Shown: one piece after another, positions 27,554-37,678 of the stretch | How the letters are laid out: every line of letters starts with the position of its first letter | How positions within the stretch are numbered: the first letter of the stretch is position 1 | Assembly (NCBI GenBank): GCA_052326445.1 | Contig: JBKQNC010000011.1 | Span: 65,229 to 129,228, forward strand | Source: Thermoplasmata archaeon | GTDB taxonomy: Archaea; Thermoplasmatota; Thermoplasmata; Lutacidiplasmatales; UBA184 | Length of the DNA stretch: 64,000 nucleotides | Reading direction: 5' to 3' | Translations under genes and position numbers: made by a program | The notes under the pieces: generated by a model | The model's database searches: none | What the model was told of the DNA's origin: nothing | What the model saw: the letters and a program-made list of their open reading frames with translations, nothing else

Positions 27554-28474
27554 ATGAGTCCACGAACTCCCGTCCTGGTGGCCGGTGCCGGGGGATTCCT
27601 AGGCCGAGCTATCGTCCGCTCGTTGGCGGGGGCGGGGTACGACGTCCGAGGGTTGGTTCGCAAGCCCGAAACCGCCGCGATCGTCGAGTCGGCTGGCGGC
27701 CAGGCCATTCTGGGGGATGTCCTGGATTCGGCTCGGGTCCGCAAGGCCATGGAGGGATGTGGTACGGCCATTCAGCTGGCGGCCTACTATCCCGAATCTC
27801 CTGCGGAGGCCGAGCTGGCGCGGCGCACTCGCGTCGAGGGAACCCGAAATCTCGCCGCGGCCGCCCGAGCCACGGGAGCACGTCGACTCCTGGTCGGCTC
27901 AGGGTACTGGGTGTATGCCGACCAGGGCGGTACCCTCTCGGACGACTCCCCGCTCGACCCGCGGGGCGAGTCGCTCACGAACTGGGAGGCCGAGCTGGCC
28001 GGATTGGCCGCCCACGCGCCGGGGACGCTCGAGGTGATCGTCGTGCGACCTGGCATGGTGTACGGAGACGGGTCATGGTTCCTGGGAATGGTGGGGTCGA
28101 TTCGAGCCGGGACCTACCGGATCCCCGGGGATGGCCACAATCACTGGTCGTTCGTGGAGTTGGCCGATGCCGCGGCCGCCTACCGGTCCATTCTCGAACG
28201 GGGTGTGGGCGGAGGCAACTATCTCGTCGTCGACGATTCGCCGATAGCACTCATCGAGTTCGTCACCCTGGTCGCCCGCGAATTGGGGGTGCCGCTCCCC
28301 GAGCCCATCGCCTACGAAGACCTCCGAGGAGAGGTAGGGGACGACGTGGCCCACCACCTGGCCGCGAACCGGGCCGGCACGAACCTCAAGTTACGTTCTC
28401 TCGGATGGGTGCCGAAATTCCCGGACGCGCGGGCCGGGATACCCGCCCTGCTCCGGTCGATGGTCCAGAGATAG
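27554..28474 (+). CDS. NAD-dependent epimerase/dehydratase (extended SDR)
   Basis: VAGAGGFLG, GDV.D, VEGTRNL, RPGMVYG and SFV.LAD.A. Confidence 0.88.
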   Translation: MSPRTPVLVAGAGGFLGRAIVRSLAGAGYDVRGLVRKPETAAIVESAGGQAILGDVLDSARVRKAMEGCGTAIQLAAYYPESPAEAELARRTRVEGTRNLAAAARATGARRLLVGSGYWVYADQGGTLSDDSPLDPRGESLTNWEAELAGLAAHAPGTLEVIVVRPGMVYGDGSWFLGMVGSIRAGTYRIPGDGHNHWSFVELADAAAAYRSILERGVGGGNYLVVDDSPIALIEFVTLVARELGVPLPEPIAYEDLRGEVGDDVAHHLAANRAGTNLKLRSLGWVPKFPDARAGIPALLRSMVQR

Positions 28475-28517
28475 TGCTGCTCCATCGGGGAGCGCACCCG
28501 GATAACGACGGGGTCGC

Positions 28518-28694
28518 CTAGAGACCGGAGGCGGGAGGGGAAGCAGGAGCCCGCTTGCGGCGGGGGGCGGGTGCGGGTCGTACGGCGGTCTGGTGCGACT
28601 CCCGCCGGTGAAGCTCGAGCGCCTCCTCGGAACGAAAGATGCGCCCACACTCGGCGCAGACGGCCTCGACCTCGTCGTACTCGACGTACGGCAT
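28518..28694 (-). CDS. C2H2 zinc-finger microprotein (58 aa)
   Basis: Hand translation MPYVEYDEVEAVCAECGRIFRSEEALELHRRESHQ...; exact C-x2-C-x3-F-x5-L-x2-H-x4-H consensus. Confidence 0.8.
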   Translation of the reverse strand: MPYVEYDEVEAVCAECGRIFRSEEALELHRRESHQTAVRPAPAPRRKRAPASPPASGL

Positions 28695-28735
28695 TCTCCC
28701 GGGTCATCGTCGCCCCGGTTAATGGAGTTTCGTTA

Positions 28736-29428
28736 TCAGCTCGGAGTCACCGGAGGGGGCGGAGGGGAAGGTCCGGTCCCGGAGTTCGCGAGCCCGCGAG
28801 CGACCACAACGTGGGCCTCCATGTACGCGGCGAGGAGCAGGAAATACGAAACGAACAGGTAGGACGCCAGCGTCTCGACGGGCGTCAGGAAGGTCGGGAT
28901 CGAGAACGTACGGGCGCGGACGAGTCCGAGCAGGGTGGGAAGGTCGGAAGCGAGGGCGACCGTGATGAAGGCCGAGACGAGCAGGGCCCAGGCTACGGCG
29001 GCCCCCAGGGCCACCCGGCTCGGCACGGCGACCAAGTGGAAGATGAGGTACGCATATGTGACGAAAGTTCCGAAGAGCAGCGAAGCGAGCCCGGCCCCGA
29101 ATACCCCCTCGGCCCACCACGGTGTGCCGATGGAGGGGTAGGCGACGAGAAGGCCGATGAGGAGCGCGGTCGCAACTCCCCCCACGAGGCTCAGGGCGAA
29201 GACCTGCGTCGCCCGCCGGGTGCGATCGTGATGCACTTCGTTCCATTCGTGGCGGCCGATCCAGACGAAAAGGACCCCGATGAGGGTCAGGAGTGCCGGG
29301 ACGATGAACCAAACGTTGGCTGCGGGGTGGGCCATTCCCGGAGTGGCGAGGGTGTAGAGTTCCCCGCCCCCTTCGATCGCGAATCCGATGGAAAGGGCCG
29401 TGAGGCTGATGCGCAGGTTCGTCGGCAC
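28736..29428 (-). CDS. Hypothetical multi-pass membrane protein
   Basis: About six hydrophobic segments. Confidence 0.75.
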   Translation of the reverse strand: MPTNLRISLTALSIGFAIEGGGELYTLATPGMAHPAANVWFIVPALLTLIGVLFVWIGRHEWNEVHHDRTRRATQVFALSLVGGVATALLIGLLVAYPSIGTPWWAEGVFGAGLASLLFGTFVTYAYLIFHLVAVPSRVALGAAVAWALLVSAFITVALASDLPTLLGLVRARTFSIPTFLTPVETLASYLFVSYFLLLAAYMEAHVVVARGLANSGTGPSPPPPPVTPS

Positions 29429-29520
29429 GGATCCCCCGAACGAACGCGACCTAGGCGGACGGGTTCAAACGCCTTCGCCCGCACGGGTCGTGCGGACGGC
29501 TCCGGACCCCGGTCGTGTGC

Positions 29521-30864
29521 CTAGTAGCGCGACCCGTGCGATCGACGATAGCGGGACCGGTCGCCGCCGGGGGATCCACCCCGAGGGCGATACTCCCGGC
29601 GCCCGTGCGCCGGGGAGCGTCCCCCATGGTCGCGGCGGTTACGCTCGGGGCGCGATCCGGGCGGGTTCTCAATGAGCACCGGTGGCGGAGCGGGGGAGTT
29701 GTAATCCCATCCGGGCATGTTCGCCCGGGGGATCTTCTCACCCAGCACCCGCTCCACCCGGAGCAGATCCTGAGCCTCTTCCGGGGCCACGAGAGTGATC
29801 GCGTCACCGCGCCGCTGCGCCCGCGCGGTCCGTCCGACCCGGTGGACGTACGTCTCCGGTTCGTGCGGGACATCGTAGTTGATGACGTGCGAGACTCCTT
29901 CTACATCCACTCCTCGGGCCGCGATGTCGGTGGCGACGAGGACGCGATGGCTTCCGCTCCGGAACCCTTCCAGCGCCAAGATTCGTTGATTCTGGCTCTT
30001 GTTGCCGTGAATAACCCCGACCGAGATGCCCGCCCGCGCCAGGTCCCGAACGAGCCGGTCCGCCCGCCGCTTCGTGCGGACGAAGACAAGTACGCTCGTC
30101 ATGGTCGCATCTTCGAGAAGACGGCACAGCATCGCTGTCTTTTGGGGCGACGGGGCCGGTACGGCGAGATGCGTCACCCCGACGGCGGCGACGGTCTCCG
30201 CCGCGACATGGACCATTCGCGGGTCTCGCAGGAAATCCCGCGAGAGGCGGACGATCTCGGGCGGCATGGTCGCGGAAAAGAGCATGGTCTGCCGGTTCCG
30301 GGGGAGTCGGTCGTGGATCCGGCGGACGTCGGGGAGGAATCCCATGTCGAGCATCCGGTCGGCTTCATCCAGGACTAGGATCTCGAGGGCTCGGAAGTCG
30401 ACGTATCCGCGTTGCATGTGGTCCAGCAGGCGTCCCGGAGTGGCGATGATGATCTCGGCGCCGCCTCGGAGCGCGTGCTCCTGCGGGGCCATCCCGACGC
30501 CGCCGTACACGGCGGCTCCGCGCAGGCCCGTGTGACGGCCGAGCTGTCGGAGGAACCCCTCCGCTTGCAGGGCCAACTCCCGGGTGGGGGTCAGGACCAA
30601 CGCTAGGATCCGGCCGCGGGGCCGGCTCATCAGTCGCTCCAGGATGGGAAGCAGGAAGGCCGCGGTCTTTCCGGTGCCGGTTTGGGCAGTACCGATCAGG
30701 TCCCGTCCCCGGACCGCGTCCGGAATGGCACCCGATTGGATCGCCGTGGGCTGGGAATAGCCCATCTCGCGAATGCCCGCGCGCAGTTGTGCGTTGAGGG
30801 GCAGGTCGTCAAAGGTCGTCGTGCTCGCCGCAGGGCTTGTCTCTCTACTACCGGGGTCGCTCAT
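29521..30864 (-). CDS. DEAD-box RNA helicase (RhlE-like)
   Basis: Q motif, AQTGTGKT, PTRELA, TPGRL, DEAD, SAT, ARGVD and HRVGRTAR; Arg/Gly-rich tail. Confidence 0.97.
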   Translation of the reverse strand: MSDPGSRETSPAASTTTFDDLPLNAQLRAGIREMGYSQPTAIQSGAIPDAVRGRDLIGTAQTGTGKTAAFLLPILERLMSRPRGRILALVLTPTRELALQAEGFLRQLGRHTGLRGAAVYGGVGMAPQEHALRGGAEIIIATPGRLLDHMQRGYVDFRALEILVLDEADRMLDMGFLPDVRRIHDRLPRNRQTMLFSATMPPEIVRLSRDFLRDPRMVHVAAETVAAVGVTHLAVPAPSPQKTAMLCRLLEDATMTSVLVFVRTKRRADRLVRDLARAGISVGVIHGNKSQNQRILALEGFRSGSHRVLVATDIAARGVDVEGVSHVINYDVPHEPETYVHRVGRTARAQRRGDAITLVAPEEAQDLLRVERVLGEKIPRANMPGWDYNSPAPPPVLIENPPGSRPERNRRDHGGRSPAHGRREYRPRGGSPGGDRSRYRRSHGSRY

Positions 30865-31106
30865 GTTCGCTTCGGGCGCCCCGATCTGGGTAGGTCGATG
30901 GCGATTCCGTCAACGGGAGGGAGCCGAGGGGGGTAGAAGAAACCTCGCTTCCCCGTGCGCCGACCTATCACCCTCCCTGACTTTGGGCCGTGGACCTGTC
31001 TACGCCCCCCGAATTCGGATCCCGGCCAGGAGCTGGACTCGAGCCTCGTCCGCCGTCCTGCCAGTTCGACAAGGGTTCTTTTTAGCTCCTCGTCTTGGCG
31101 CGGTCG

Positions 31107-32306
31107 ATGAGGGGCGGAAACGGCGGCGCCCCTCCTGCACCGCCCCCGGCATCCGAGGGAGCCGGAGCGACCCGGCACCCCCCCTTTCACAATCGACACC
31201 TCGCCTTGACCACGGCCTCGATCGGGGTCTTCCTCGTCGTCATGGGATTCTCGTCCTCCCTGCTCGTCATGCCCGACTTCTACCGCGATTTCCTCTCGGG
31301 GTACGACCCCCCTTTCGATGCGATCGCGGGCGTCCTCCTGATCCTGCTAGCGGTCCGGATCGAGGAGCAGAGCGCCGTGGCGTGGATCTTCTCGCTCCTT
31401 GCTCCGACGCTGACGATCTTCATCGCGGCGTTCAGCCCGAACCTCTTCTCGCTCGCCTCGGCGGCGGCCGCGACGTGCTTGGTCGTCCTCATCTTCCCGT
31501 TCCGCGGCGGATTCTACCGGGGGGCGGTCACAGGACCCGCTTCGACCCAGCTGATCGTCGTCGTCGCGGCACTGATGTCCCTCTTGTTCGGGATGGCGGG
31601 GGCGCGGGAGCTCGGCAGCGACTTTGCACCGCAGATCCACGGGTGGAGCGAGGCGCTCTACTTCACGGTCACCACGATCTCGACGAACGGGTCCGAGTAC
31701 GCCCCGTTGACCGACACGGCCCGGTCGTTCGTCGTGATCCTCATCCTCCTCGGCGTGGGAACGTTCTTATCGGCCGTGGTGGTCCTCTTCCTGCCCTTCC
31801 TCGAGCGCCGGCTCGAGCGTATCGCGCAACGGATCCAGCGGTCCCAGATGGAAGAGATCAGTGACCATGTCATCATCTGCGGTGCTTCGACCACGGCCCG
31901 AGCCACGGCGGAGACCTTCCGGGAGGAAGGCGTCAAGTCGGTGATCCTCGCCTCCGACGTGGCGGACGTGGAACAGTTCCGCACCGAGGGGTATGTATCG
32001 CAACGCGGCGACTCCTCCTCCGAGGAGGACCTTAAGTCGGTCGGCATCGGCCGGGCGCGGGCGCTGATCGCCGCCGATGACTCCGACGCCGAGAACCTCC
32101 TGACCGTCATTACCGCCCGCGGGATCGACAGTCAGCTCCGCATCGTGGCCGTGGCGACGGCTCCGAGCAGCCTCTCCAAGCTCCGCAAGGCCGGGGCGAA
32201 CGAGGCGATCAACGCCGTGGCGGTCGCCGCGAAACTCGTGAGCTCCGCGGCGCTCGAGGCCCCCGGCGCCACGGGGGTCCACTCCCACACGATCGTGCAC
32301 GGCTAA
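31107..32306 (+). CDS. Potassium-channel-like protein with RCK (TrkA-N) domain
   Basis: Pore helix W.EALYFTVTTIST, inner helix, and RCK motifs DHVIICG, GD..EEDL..VGI.RA and D.EN....ITAR. Confidence 0.85.
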   Translation: MRGGNGGAPPAPPPASEGAGATRHPPFHNRHLALTTASIGVFLVVMGFSSSLLVMPDFYRDFLSGYDPPFDAIAGVLLILLAVRIEEQSAVAWIFSLLAPTLTIFIAAFSPNLFSLASAAAATCLVVLIFPFRGGFYRGAVTGPASTQLIVVVAALMSLLFGMAGARELGSDFAPQIHGWSEALYFTVTTISTNGSEYAPLTDTARSFVVILILLGVGTFLSAVVVLFLPFLERRLERIAQRIQRSQMEEISDHVIICGASTTARATAETFREEGVKSVILASDVADVEQFRTEGYVSQRGDSSSEEDLKSVGIGRARALIAADDSDAENLLTVITARGIDSQLRIVAVATAPSSLSKLRKAGANEAINAVAVAAKLVSSAALEAPGATGVHSHTIVHG

Positions 32307-32386
32307 GTTCCGCCGCGGACGCGGGCCGGCGAGTCCGAGGACTCGGCAGAAGCCTCGGACCCTTTGGCGGAAGACCCCTCGTCGGC

Positions 32387-34948
32387 TCAGACGAAGAAGA
32401 CCGGTACCATGACCGATCGGTGGTCTACTTCGAACGAGCCATTCCGCAGAAGGGGGTGCCAGGTCGAGTCACCGCGCACCGAGTAGGCGTACAGTCCGTG
32501 CGGTTCCCAGAAGACCAGGCTGGTCGACCGGGTATGCTGGGTGTACCCGTCGAGGGTGATCGACCAGGGCGCTCCTTGAGCCGGAAGCCCGTGCTCGACG
32601 AACGTTACCCGGTAGAGCGCGAACGGGAGCAATGGGGCGTAGTCGCCTCCGTTCGTGATCTGTCCGCTGTCGTTGTACGGGAGGACGCCGTAGGGGTTCG
32701 AGGAGGTTCCGTAGTTGGACCAGAAGTTCCCGCCCTGTTCGTTCGTTCCGAGAATGCTACCGGAAAGCGGCCAGCCGTTCACCCACCGGACCGTGGAGGC
32801 CGGTTCCGGAGTGACATTCCACCGGTCGTGGTACGAGGTGGTACGGTAGGTCGTCGGGTTGTACACCGGCGTGATCGCGGGGAGCGGGACGTCGAAGTAG
32901 TTGTTGTAGGTCAGGTCCCCGTTCGTATACAGCTCGAGGCCCGCCTGGTCGGAGGCGTTCATCAGGTTCTGGGGGTCGGGGCAGGGAGGGATCGAGACGG
33001 TGAAGGTGTTCCCCCAGATGACGTTCGACCCGTGATATTGGTAGACCGAGACCCCCATGTCCTCGAAGTCGTTGCCGGCGATCAAGTCGTGGGACGAGTT
33101 CCATAGGATCACGTTCCCGAACGAAAGCCCCGTGTCCTCCGCGCTGAACCATCCGGAAATGACCGACGTGTCCACGAGCGAGACGTTCGACGCGTTGCGG
33201 AAGGTGAACTGAAGGTAGTTGAAGGTCGGGAACCCGTAGACGGCGAGGGCCGCGGCCTGGCCAGGAAGCGAGTACTGGACGAGGAAGGAGGGCGCGTTCT
33301 CGATGGAAACGTAGTCGGTCGTGTAGCTGAGGAAGACCCCCATGAACACCGGGTACTCGAAGTCGTTGAACTGCCCGAACAACGGGTCGATCGCGCCGGG
33401 CTGATTGACCAGGACGTAAGGGTTGGCTCTGGTGCCGGTGCCCCCGGGTTGGCTGATGGCGGCGAGTTGCGCATTGTTCCAGGCCCAGAGCGGGGTGTAG
33501 ACACCGAGCACCGGGTCCGGGGTCAGTTTGAGGGTCATTGATGCAGTGCCCCCAAGCGTGACGGTCATCGGGCGGAAGTCGCTCAACAGAACCTGGTACG
33601 TGTACGTCCCGGCCGGTAACTCAAAATCGGCCTGCCCGGTCGCGAGGACCGGGGCCCACTGGGCCGTGCCCTGGTGGAACTTGGCCCCAACCGATACGAA
33701 GACGAACGCGTTGGAAGGGGTGACGCTCAGGTCCTGGTCGACGTGGCCGAACGCCGCTCCCTTCAGGCCCCACAAGGGCACGAGCAGGGAAGGGCCCGGG
33801 CCCAAGTGCGCCTCGGGGGAGGACCCGCCCGAGGCCCATTCCGCCATCCCCTCGGTGGTTTCTCCCGTGTCGGTTCCGAAGTCGTAGGCCGCGGGCACCG
33901 ACTGGTAGCTACTCGTCCCGTTCGGGATCGTCAGCAACTGCATCGTCCCTTGAACGTCGGAGACCGACATGGTCGAGCCGTCGTCCGACCCTCCCAACAT
34001 CAGCTCGGCGTCGTTCGGGAGGTACCCGTTCGCCCCGTAGGCCTTTCCGTTCAGCTGGAATGAGGGAAGGGGCGCGGGGGTCTTCGCGGGGGCCGAACCG
34101 GTCGAGTTGAAGACCACCCGGTCGTAGGAACCCGAAACCGTCTGTCCATTCGCCTCGGTCACGGAGTAGTTGAGGTAGACCACGGGCCGGTTGTGCCAGA
34201 GGGTCGCGTTGTTGTACACCCGAACCGTGAACGGCATGGCGGTGTGGAAGGTTGGCCCATTGGCGAAATAGTAGATCGGCGGGTACTCGAACCCGTCATA
34301 CTTGTACAGGGAGTTGGCCGTGAAATTGAAGGCCGGGTTGGAGAAGTTCCAGATGTTGTCGATGAACGAGAGCTGGCCCAGATGCGGGATGTATTCCGGA
34401 ACGTTCTGGATCCAGAACTGGTAGCTCGTGTTCCCGAACAGGTCCACTCCCGTCAACACCGTGTTGAGCTGGACCGAGACCGTGTCCGGACCCGAGGCGT
34501 CCATGTACGTCGAGTTGAGACTGTCCAGGGTGAGAGTGCCCTCCACGCTCGCCGTGTAGGAGACCGAGCCCACGTCCTTCCCGTTCACTTCCTGGGTGCC
34601 GAAGTACCCCAGTCCCATCGGTGCGGGCGCCTCGGTGTAGAGAGGTGATACGATGTGGTCAAGGAGGGGGACGTGGGCGTTGAAATTCGGGAGGAAAACG
34701 TCCTTGGCGGGAACGCGGTCGGTCGCGAGTTCCGAGTGAACGCGGAGGGAAACGGCAGCGGCGGACGGGGTCGGAGCGTCGGCAGTGACCATGGCTGGGG
34801 ATCCGGTGGCGGTTGGCGCAACGGCGCCCACCATGGGAGTCCGGGTTGGACCGGAACTGCTCCCCACGATGAACAAGCCCGAGGCCACCATGACGAGAGT
34901 TACGGCGAGAACCAAGCCCATCCGCGGGATGGCCATCCGCTGCATCAC
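32387..34948 (-). CDS. Thermopsin-family secreted acid protease
   Basis: Signal peptide, PAPMGLG, SVQLNTV, FWIQNV, FIDNIWN, DAEL..GG, YDFG.DTGE, and a C-terminal VTF.E.GLP.G..W repeat. Confidence 0.9.
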   Translation of the reverse strand: MMQRMAIPRMGLVLAVTLVMVASGLFIVGSSSGPTRTPMVGAVAPTATGSPAMVTADAPTPSAAAVSLRVHSELATDRVPAKDVFLPNFNAHVPLLDHIVSPLYTEAPAPMGLGYFGTQEVNGKDVGSVSYTASVEGTLTLDSLNSTYMDASGPDTVSVQLNTVLTGVDLFGNTSYQFWIQNVPEYIPHLGQLSFIDNIWNFSNPAFNFTANSLYKYDGFEYPPIYYFANGPTFHTAMPFTVRVYNNATLWHNRPVVYLNYSVTEANGQTVSGSYDRVVFNSTGSAPAKTPAPLPSFQLNGKAYGANGYLPNDAELMLGGSDDGSTMSVSDVQGTMQLLTIPNGTSSYQSVPAAYDFGTDTGETTEGMAEWASGGSSPEAHLGPGPSLLVPLWGLKGAAFGHVDQDLSVTPSNAFVFVSVGAKFHQGTAQWAPVLATGQADFELPAGTYTYQVLLSDFRPMTVTLGGTASMTLKLTPDPVLGVYTPLWAWNNAQLAAISQPGGTGTRANPYVLVNQPGAIDPLFGQFNDFEYPVFMGVFLSYTTDYVSIENAPSFLVQYSLPGQAAALAVYGFPTFNYLQFTFRNASNVSLVDTSVISGWFSAEDTGLSFGNVILWNSSHDLIAGNDFEDMGVSVYQYHGSNVIWGNTFTVSIPPCPDPQNLMNASDQAGLELYTNGDLTYNNYFDVPLPAITPVYNPTTYRTTSYHDRWNVTPEPASTVRWVNGWPLSGSILGTNEQGGNFWSNYGTSSNPYGVLPYNDSGQITNGGDYAPLLPFALYRVTFVEHGLPAQGAPWSITLDGYTQHTRSTSLVFWEPHGLYAYSVRGDSTWHPLLRNGSFEVDHRSVMVPVFFV

Positions 34949-35030
34949 CGCGCGGAAGTTGGAGGGGGATATACGTCACGCGGTATAGGTCGCAACGCGG
35001 GTCTTCTCCGGCTCGCTCTCGACCCCAGAT

Positions 35031-35435
35031 TCAGTCTATCGCAGCGACCGCTTCGACCTCGAGGAGCAGTTCGGGGCGGAAGAGGCGGCTCACCTGGACC
35101 GCGGTGCTGGCCGGGGGGTGTTCCGGGTCGATGAACTGGTTGCGGACCTTACGAATCTCGGGGAGTCCTCGGATGTCGGTCACGAAGATCGTGAGCTTCA
35201 CGACCGATCGAAACGTCGTTCCTGCCGCTTGGAGTGCCAGCTCGAGATTCTTGAAGGTCTGCTCCGCCTGGCGAGAATAATCGCCGGCCCCAATGACCGT
35301 GCCGGATGGGTCCAGGGCCACTTGTCCTGAGATGAAGACGAGGCCGCCGCCGGAGACCCGAGCCACGTGCGAGTATCCAACCGGGGGGTGCATCGTAGGG
35401 GGGTTCAGGAATTCGACCCGGTTCGAATCGGTCAT
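35031..35435 (-). CDS. RidA/YjgF family protein
   Basis: GYSH, FISGQV, Q..Q...N, R.QF, PPAST.V.V..L and EVEAVA. Confidence 0.92.
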   Translation of the reverse strand: MTDSNRVEFLNPPTMHPPVGYSHVARVSGGGLVFISGQVALDPSGTVIGAGDYSRQAEQTFKNLELALQAAGTTFRSVVKLTIFVTDIRGLPEIRKVRNQFIDPEHPPASTAVQVSRLFRPELLLEVEAVAAID

Positions 35436-35609
35436 GTCAACGCGTTGGCGCTCGGCTACTTCCCCGTTTCCCCTTCAGATGGCCATCAGGGTGGCCCCCC
35501 CTCGAGCGGGCCTCCGAAGCGGTGACCCGTGCCCCCGGAGTCACGAGACCTGAGCGAGGGAGACAGCCGATATGCGAGCCAAGAATGGGTTCCCCGTGAG
35601 GCAATCCCG

Positions 35610-35903
35610 ATGACGCGGATTCCGGTTTGGGTCAAAGCGGGGAGCCCTTCGGACTCGTTGGGGTGGGACGCGTGGCGCCAACGCTGGGTGGTGGCTTGTC
35701 GGGAACCCCCGGTGAGCGGCCGGGCGAATCGTGCGGTCGCCGGATTGGTGGCCGGCTGGCTGGCCGTGCCGCCCTCCTCGGTTCGATGGGAGCAAGCCGG
35801 CACGTCGCGCGCGAAGTTGCTGGTCGTGGAAGGTCTCGAGGATCGAGAGGTCGAGGCCCGATTGCGTGCGCAGGTCGCGACTCGGAAGCGAAATTCGGAG
35901 TGA
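35610..35903 (+). CDS. DUF167 (YggU-like) protein
   Basis: V.VK.G, PPVSGRAN and G.SRAK. Confidence 0.8.
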   Translation: MTRIPVWVKAGSPSDSLGWDAWRQRWVVACREPPVSGRANRAVAGLVAGWLAVPPSSVRWEQAGTSRAKLLVVEGLEDREVEARLRAQVATRKRNSE

Positions 35904-36016
35904 GCGCCGACGATGGGAACCGAGATCCCGGGCTCCGTCCCGCGCTAAGATAAGGGGGGTCGCGTCCTGCAAAGGAAGTGGACCGTACTTCCTCCTTGGC
36001 CGCCCGTTCGGTAGGC

Positions 36017-37213
36017 GTGAACGCTCCGACGGGCGGAACCAGCACCTCCGCGGAGCCGGCCCTGTTGGCCGTCCAGGGTGCCCGGATCTATCCTTCGCCG
36101 GACGAACCGTCCATCCCGAACGGGACGGTCGTGATGCGGGCGGGCCGTATTGAGGCGGTCGGAGTCGATCTGCCCATCCCGCCGGAGGCCCGAGTCCTTC
36201 CGGGCGACGGGAAGTTCCTCACGGCCGGTTTCTGGAACGCCCACGTTCGCTTCACCGAGCGCCAATGGAGGGACCCGGCGCGGAAGTCGCGCGATCTCCT
36301 CGAGACCCAGCTTCAGGAAATGCTGACGGGCCGCGGATTCACCACGGTCGTCGACACGGGCTCTGACCCCCGCGTCACCTTCCCCCTCCGCCAGCGGATC
36401 GAAGCCGGCGGCCTGCACGGCCCTCGAATTTTCACGTCGGGGCCCGGGCTGTATCCTCCGAGAGGGATTCCCTACTACCTACGGGGGAGCATCCCGTTCT
36501 GGGTCCGATTTCTGATTCCGCAGCCCGCCTCTCCCCGCGTCGCTCGCCGGATCGCGGAGAAGATGATCTCGAGCGGCACCGACCTCGTGAAACTCTTCAC
36601 CGGTTCGTACATCGCCCGCGGCAAGGTGAAGAACATGGCCGAGTCGGTCGCCCGCGCCGCGGTGGAGGTCGCCCACGCCCACGGTCAACTGGCCTACAGC
36701 CACGCCTCGAACTTGGAAGGGACCCGCGTGGCGATCCAGGCCGGGGTGGACGTGCTGGCCCACCCTCCGGACTCCACCGAAGGGATCGATGAATCGATCC
36801 TGCGCACGCTGGTAGACCGCCAGATGGCGATGACCCCGACGCTCAAGATGTTCGCCGACACGGTGAGCCCGAGCCCCGAATACCTCCAGCCGATCTACGA
36901 AGTGGTCCGGAGGTTTCATGCGCTGGGCGGAGAACTTCTGTTCGGGACCGATGTCGGGTACTTGCACGATCCTTCCACCGACGACGAGTTTCGCGCCCTC
37001 GAGCGTTGCGGCCTGAACGGGACGAGCATCCTCCGGATGTTGACCACGGCCCCGGCCCATCGGTTCCGACGGGGAGAGGATCCGGCGATCGTGAGCGTGG
37101 GCCGACCGGCCGACCTGGTGCTCTTGGACCGGGACCCGATGCACGAGGTCGGCGCGTTCGCCCAGGTGCGTGCCACGATCCGCGGGGGCCGGATCCTGTA
37201 CCTGCGGTCTTAG
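36017..37213 (+). CDS. Amidohydrolase family protein
   Basis: G...GRIEAVG, FWNAHV, GFTTV.D.G, KLF, H..G, LAH, FGTD and GRPADLV.LD.DP. Start inferred. Confidence 0.88.
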   Translation: MNAPTGGTSTSAEPALLAVQGARIYPSPDEPSIPNGTVVMRAGRIEAVGVDLPIPPEARVLPGDGKFLTAGFWNAHVRFTERQWRDPARKSRDLLETQLQEMLTGRGFTTVVDTGSDPRVTFPLRQRIEAGGLHGPRIFTSGPGLYPPRGIPYYLRGSIPFWVRFLIPQPASPRVARRIAEKMISSGTDLVKLFTGSYIARGKVKNMAESVARAAVEVAHAHGQLAYSHASNLEGTRVAIQAGVDVLAHPPDSTEGIDESILRTLVDRQMAMTPTLKMFADTVSPSPEYLQPIYEVVRRFHALGGELLFGTDVGYLHDPSTDDEFRALERCGLNGTSILRMLTTAPAHRFRRGEDPAIVSVGRPADLVLLDRDPMHEVGAFAQVRATIRGGRILYLRS

Positions 37214-37306
37214 GCTTCTCGGGGCTGCGCTCCTCCCGCAGTCCCCCGCTATCCGCTGGCCCGCCTGATCGGTGGGGCTTTTCTCTTCCTCGCCATGGGT
37301 CAACCC

Positions 37307-37615
37307 ATGTCCACCGGCGCCGCACCCAAGACCTTCATCTCGGACCTTCGGCCCGGTCGCGTCGCAACCTTCGAAGCTACGATCGCCAAGTTGGAGACCG
37401 TTCGAGAGTTCGAGCCCCGCAGTGGGGGCAAGAAGAAGGTCCAGAATGGGACCCTGAAGGACGGCACCGGAGAGATCTCCCTCGTACTCTGGGGCGACGA
37501 GGTCGGGACGGTCTCGGAGGGCGAGAAGGTCCGGGTCGTGGAAGGGTGGGTCAAGGATTACAATGGTCGGCCGCAGATATCCCTCGGCCGAACCGGTCGG
37601 ATCGAAAAGCTCTAG
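37307..37615 (+). CDS. Second single OB-fold SSB/RPA-like protein
   Basis: ISDLRPG, LKDGTGEISLVLW and GWVKDYNGRPQISLGRTG. Confidence 0.88.
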   Translation: MSTGAAPKTFISDLRPGRVATFEATIAKLETVREFEPRSGGKKKVQNGTLKDGTGEISLVLWGDEVGTVSEGEKVRVVEGWVKDYNGRPQISLGRTGRIEKL

Positions 37616-37678
37616 CCCGGACGCTGGCCCGAACCGCCGCTCCGTCCATTCCGGACGGTCACCGGCCCTTCGAGGGGG

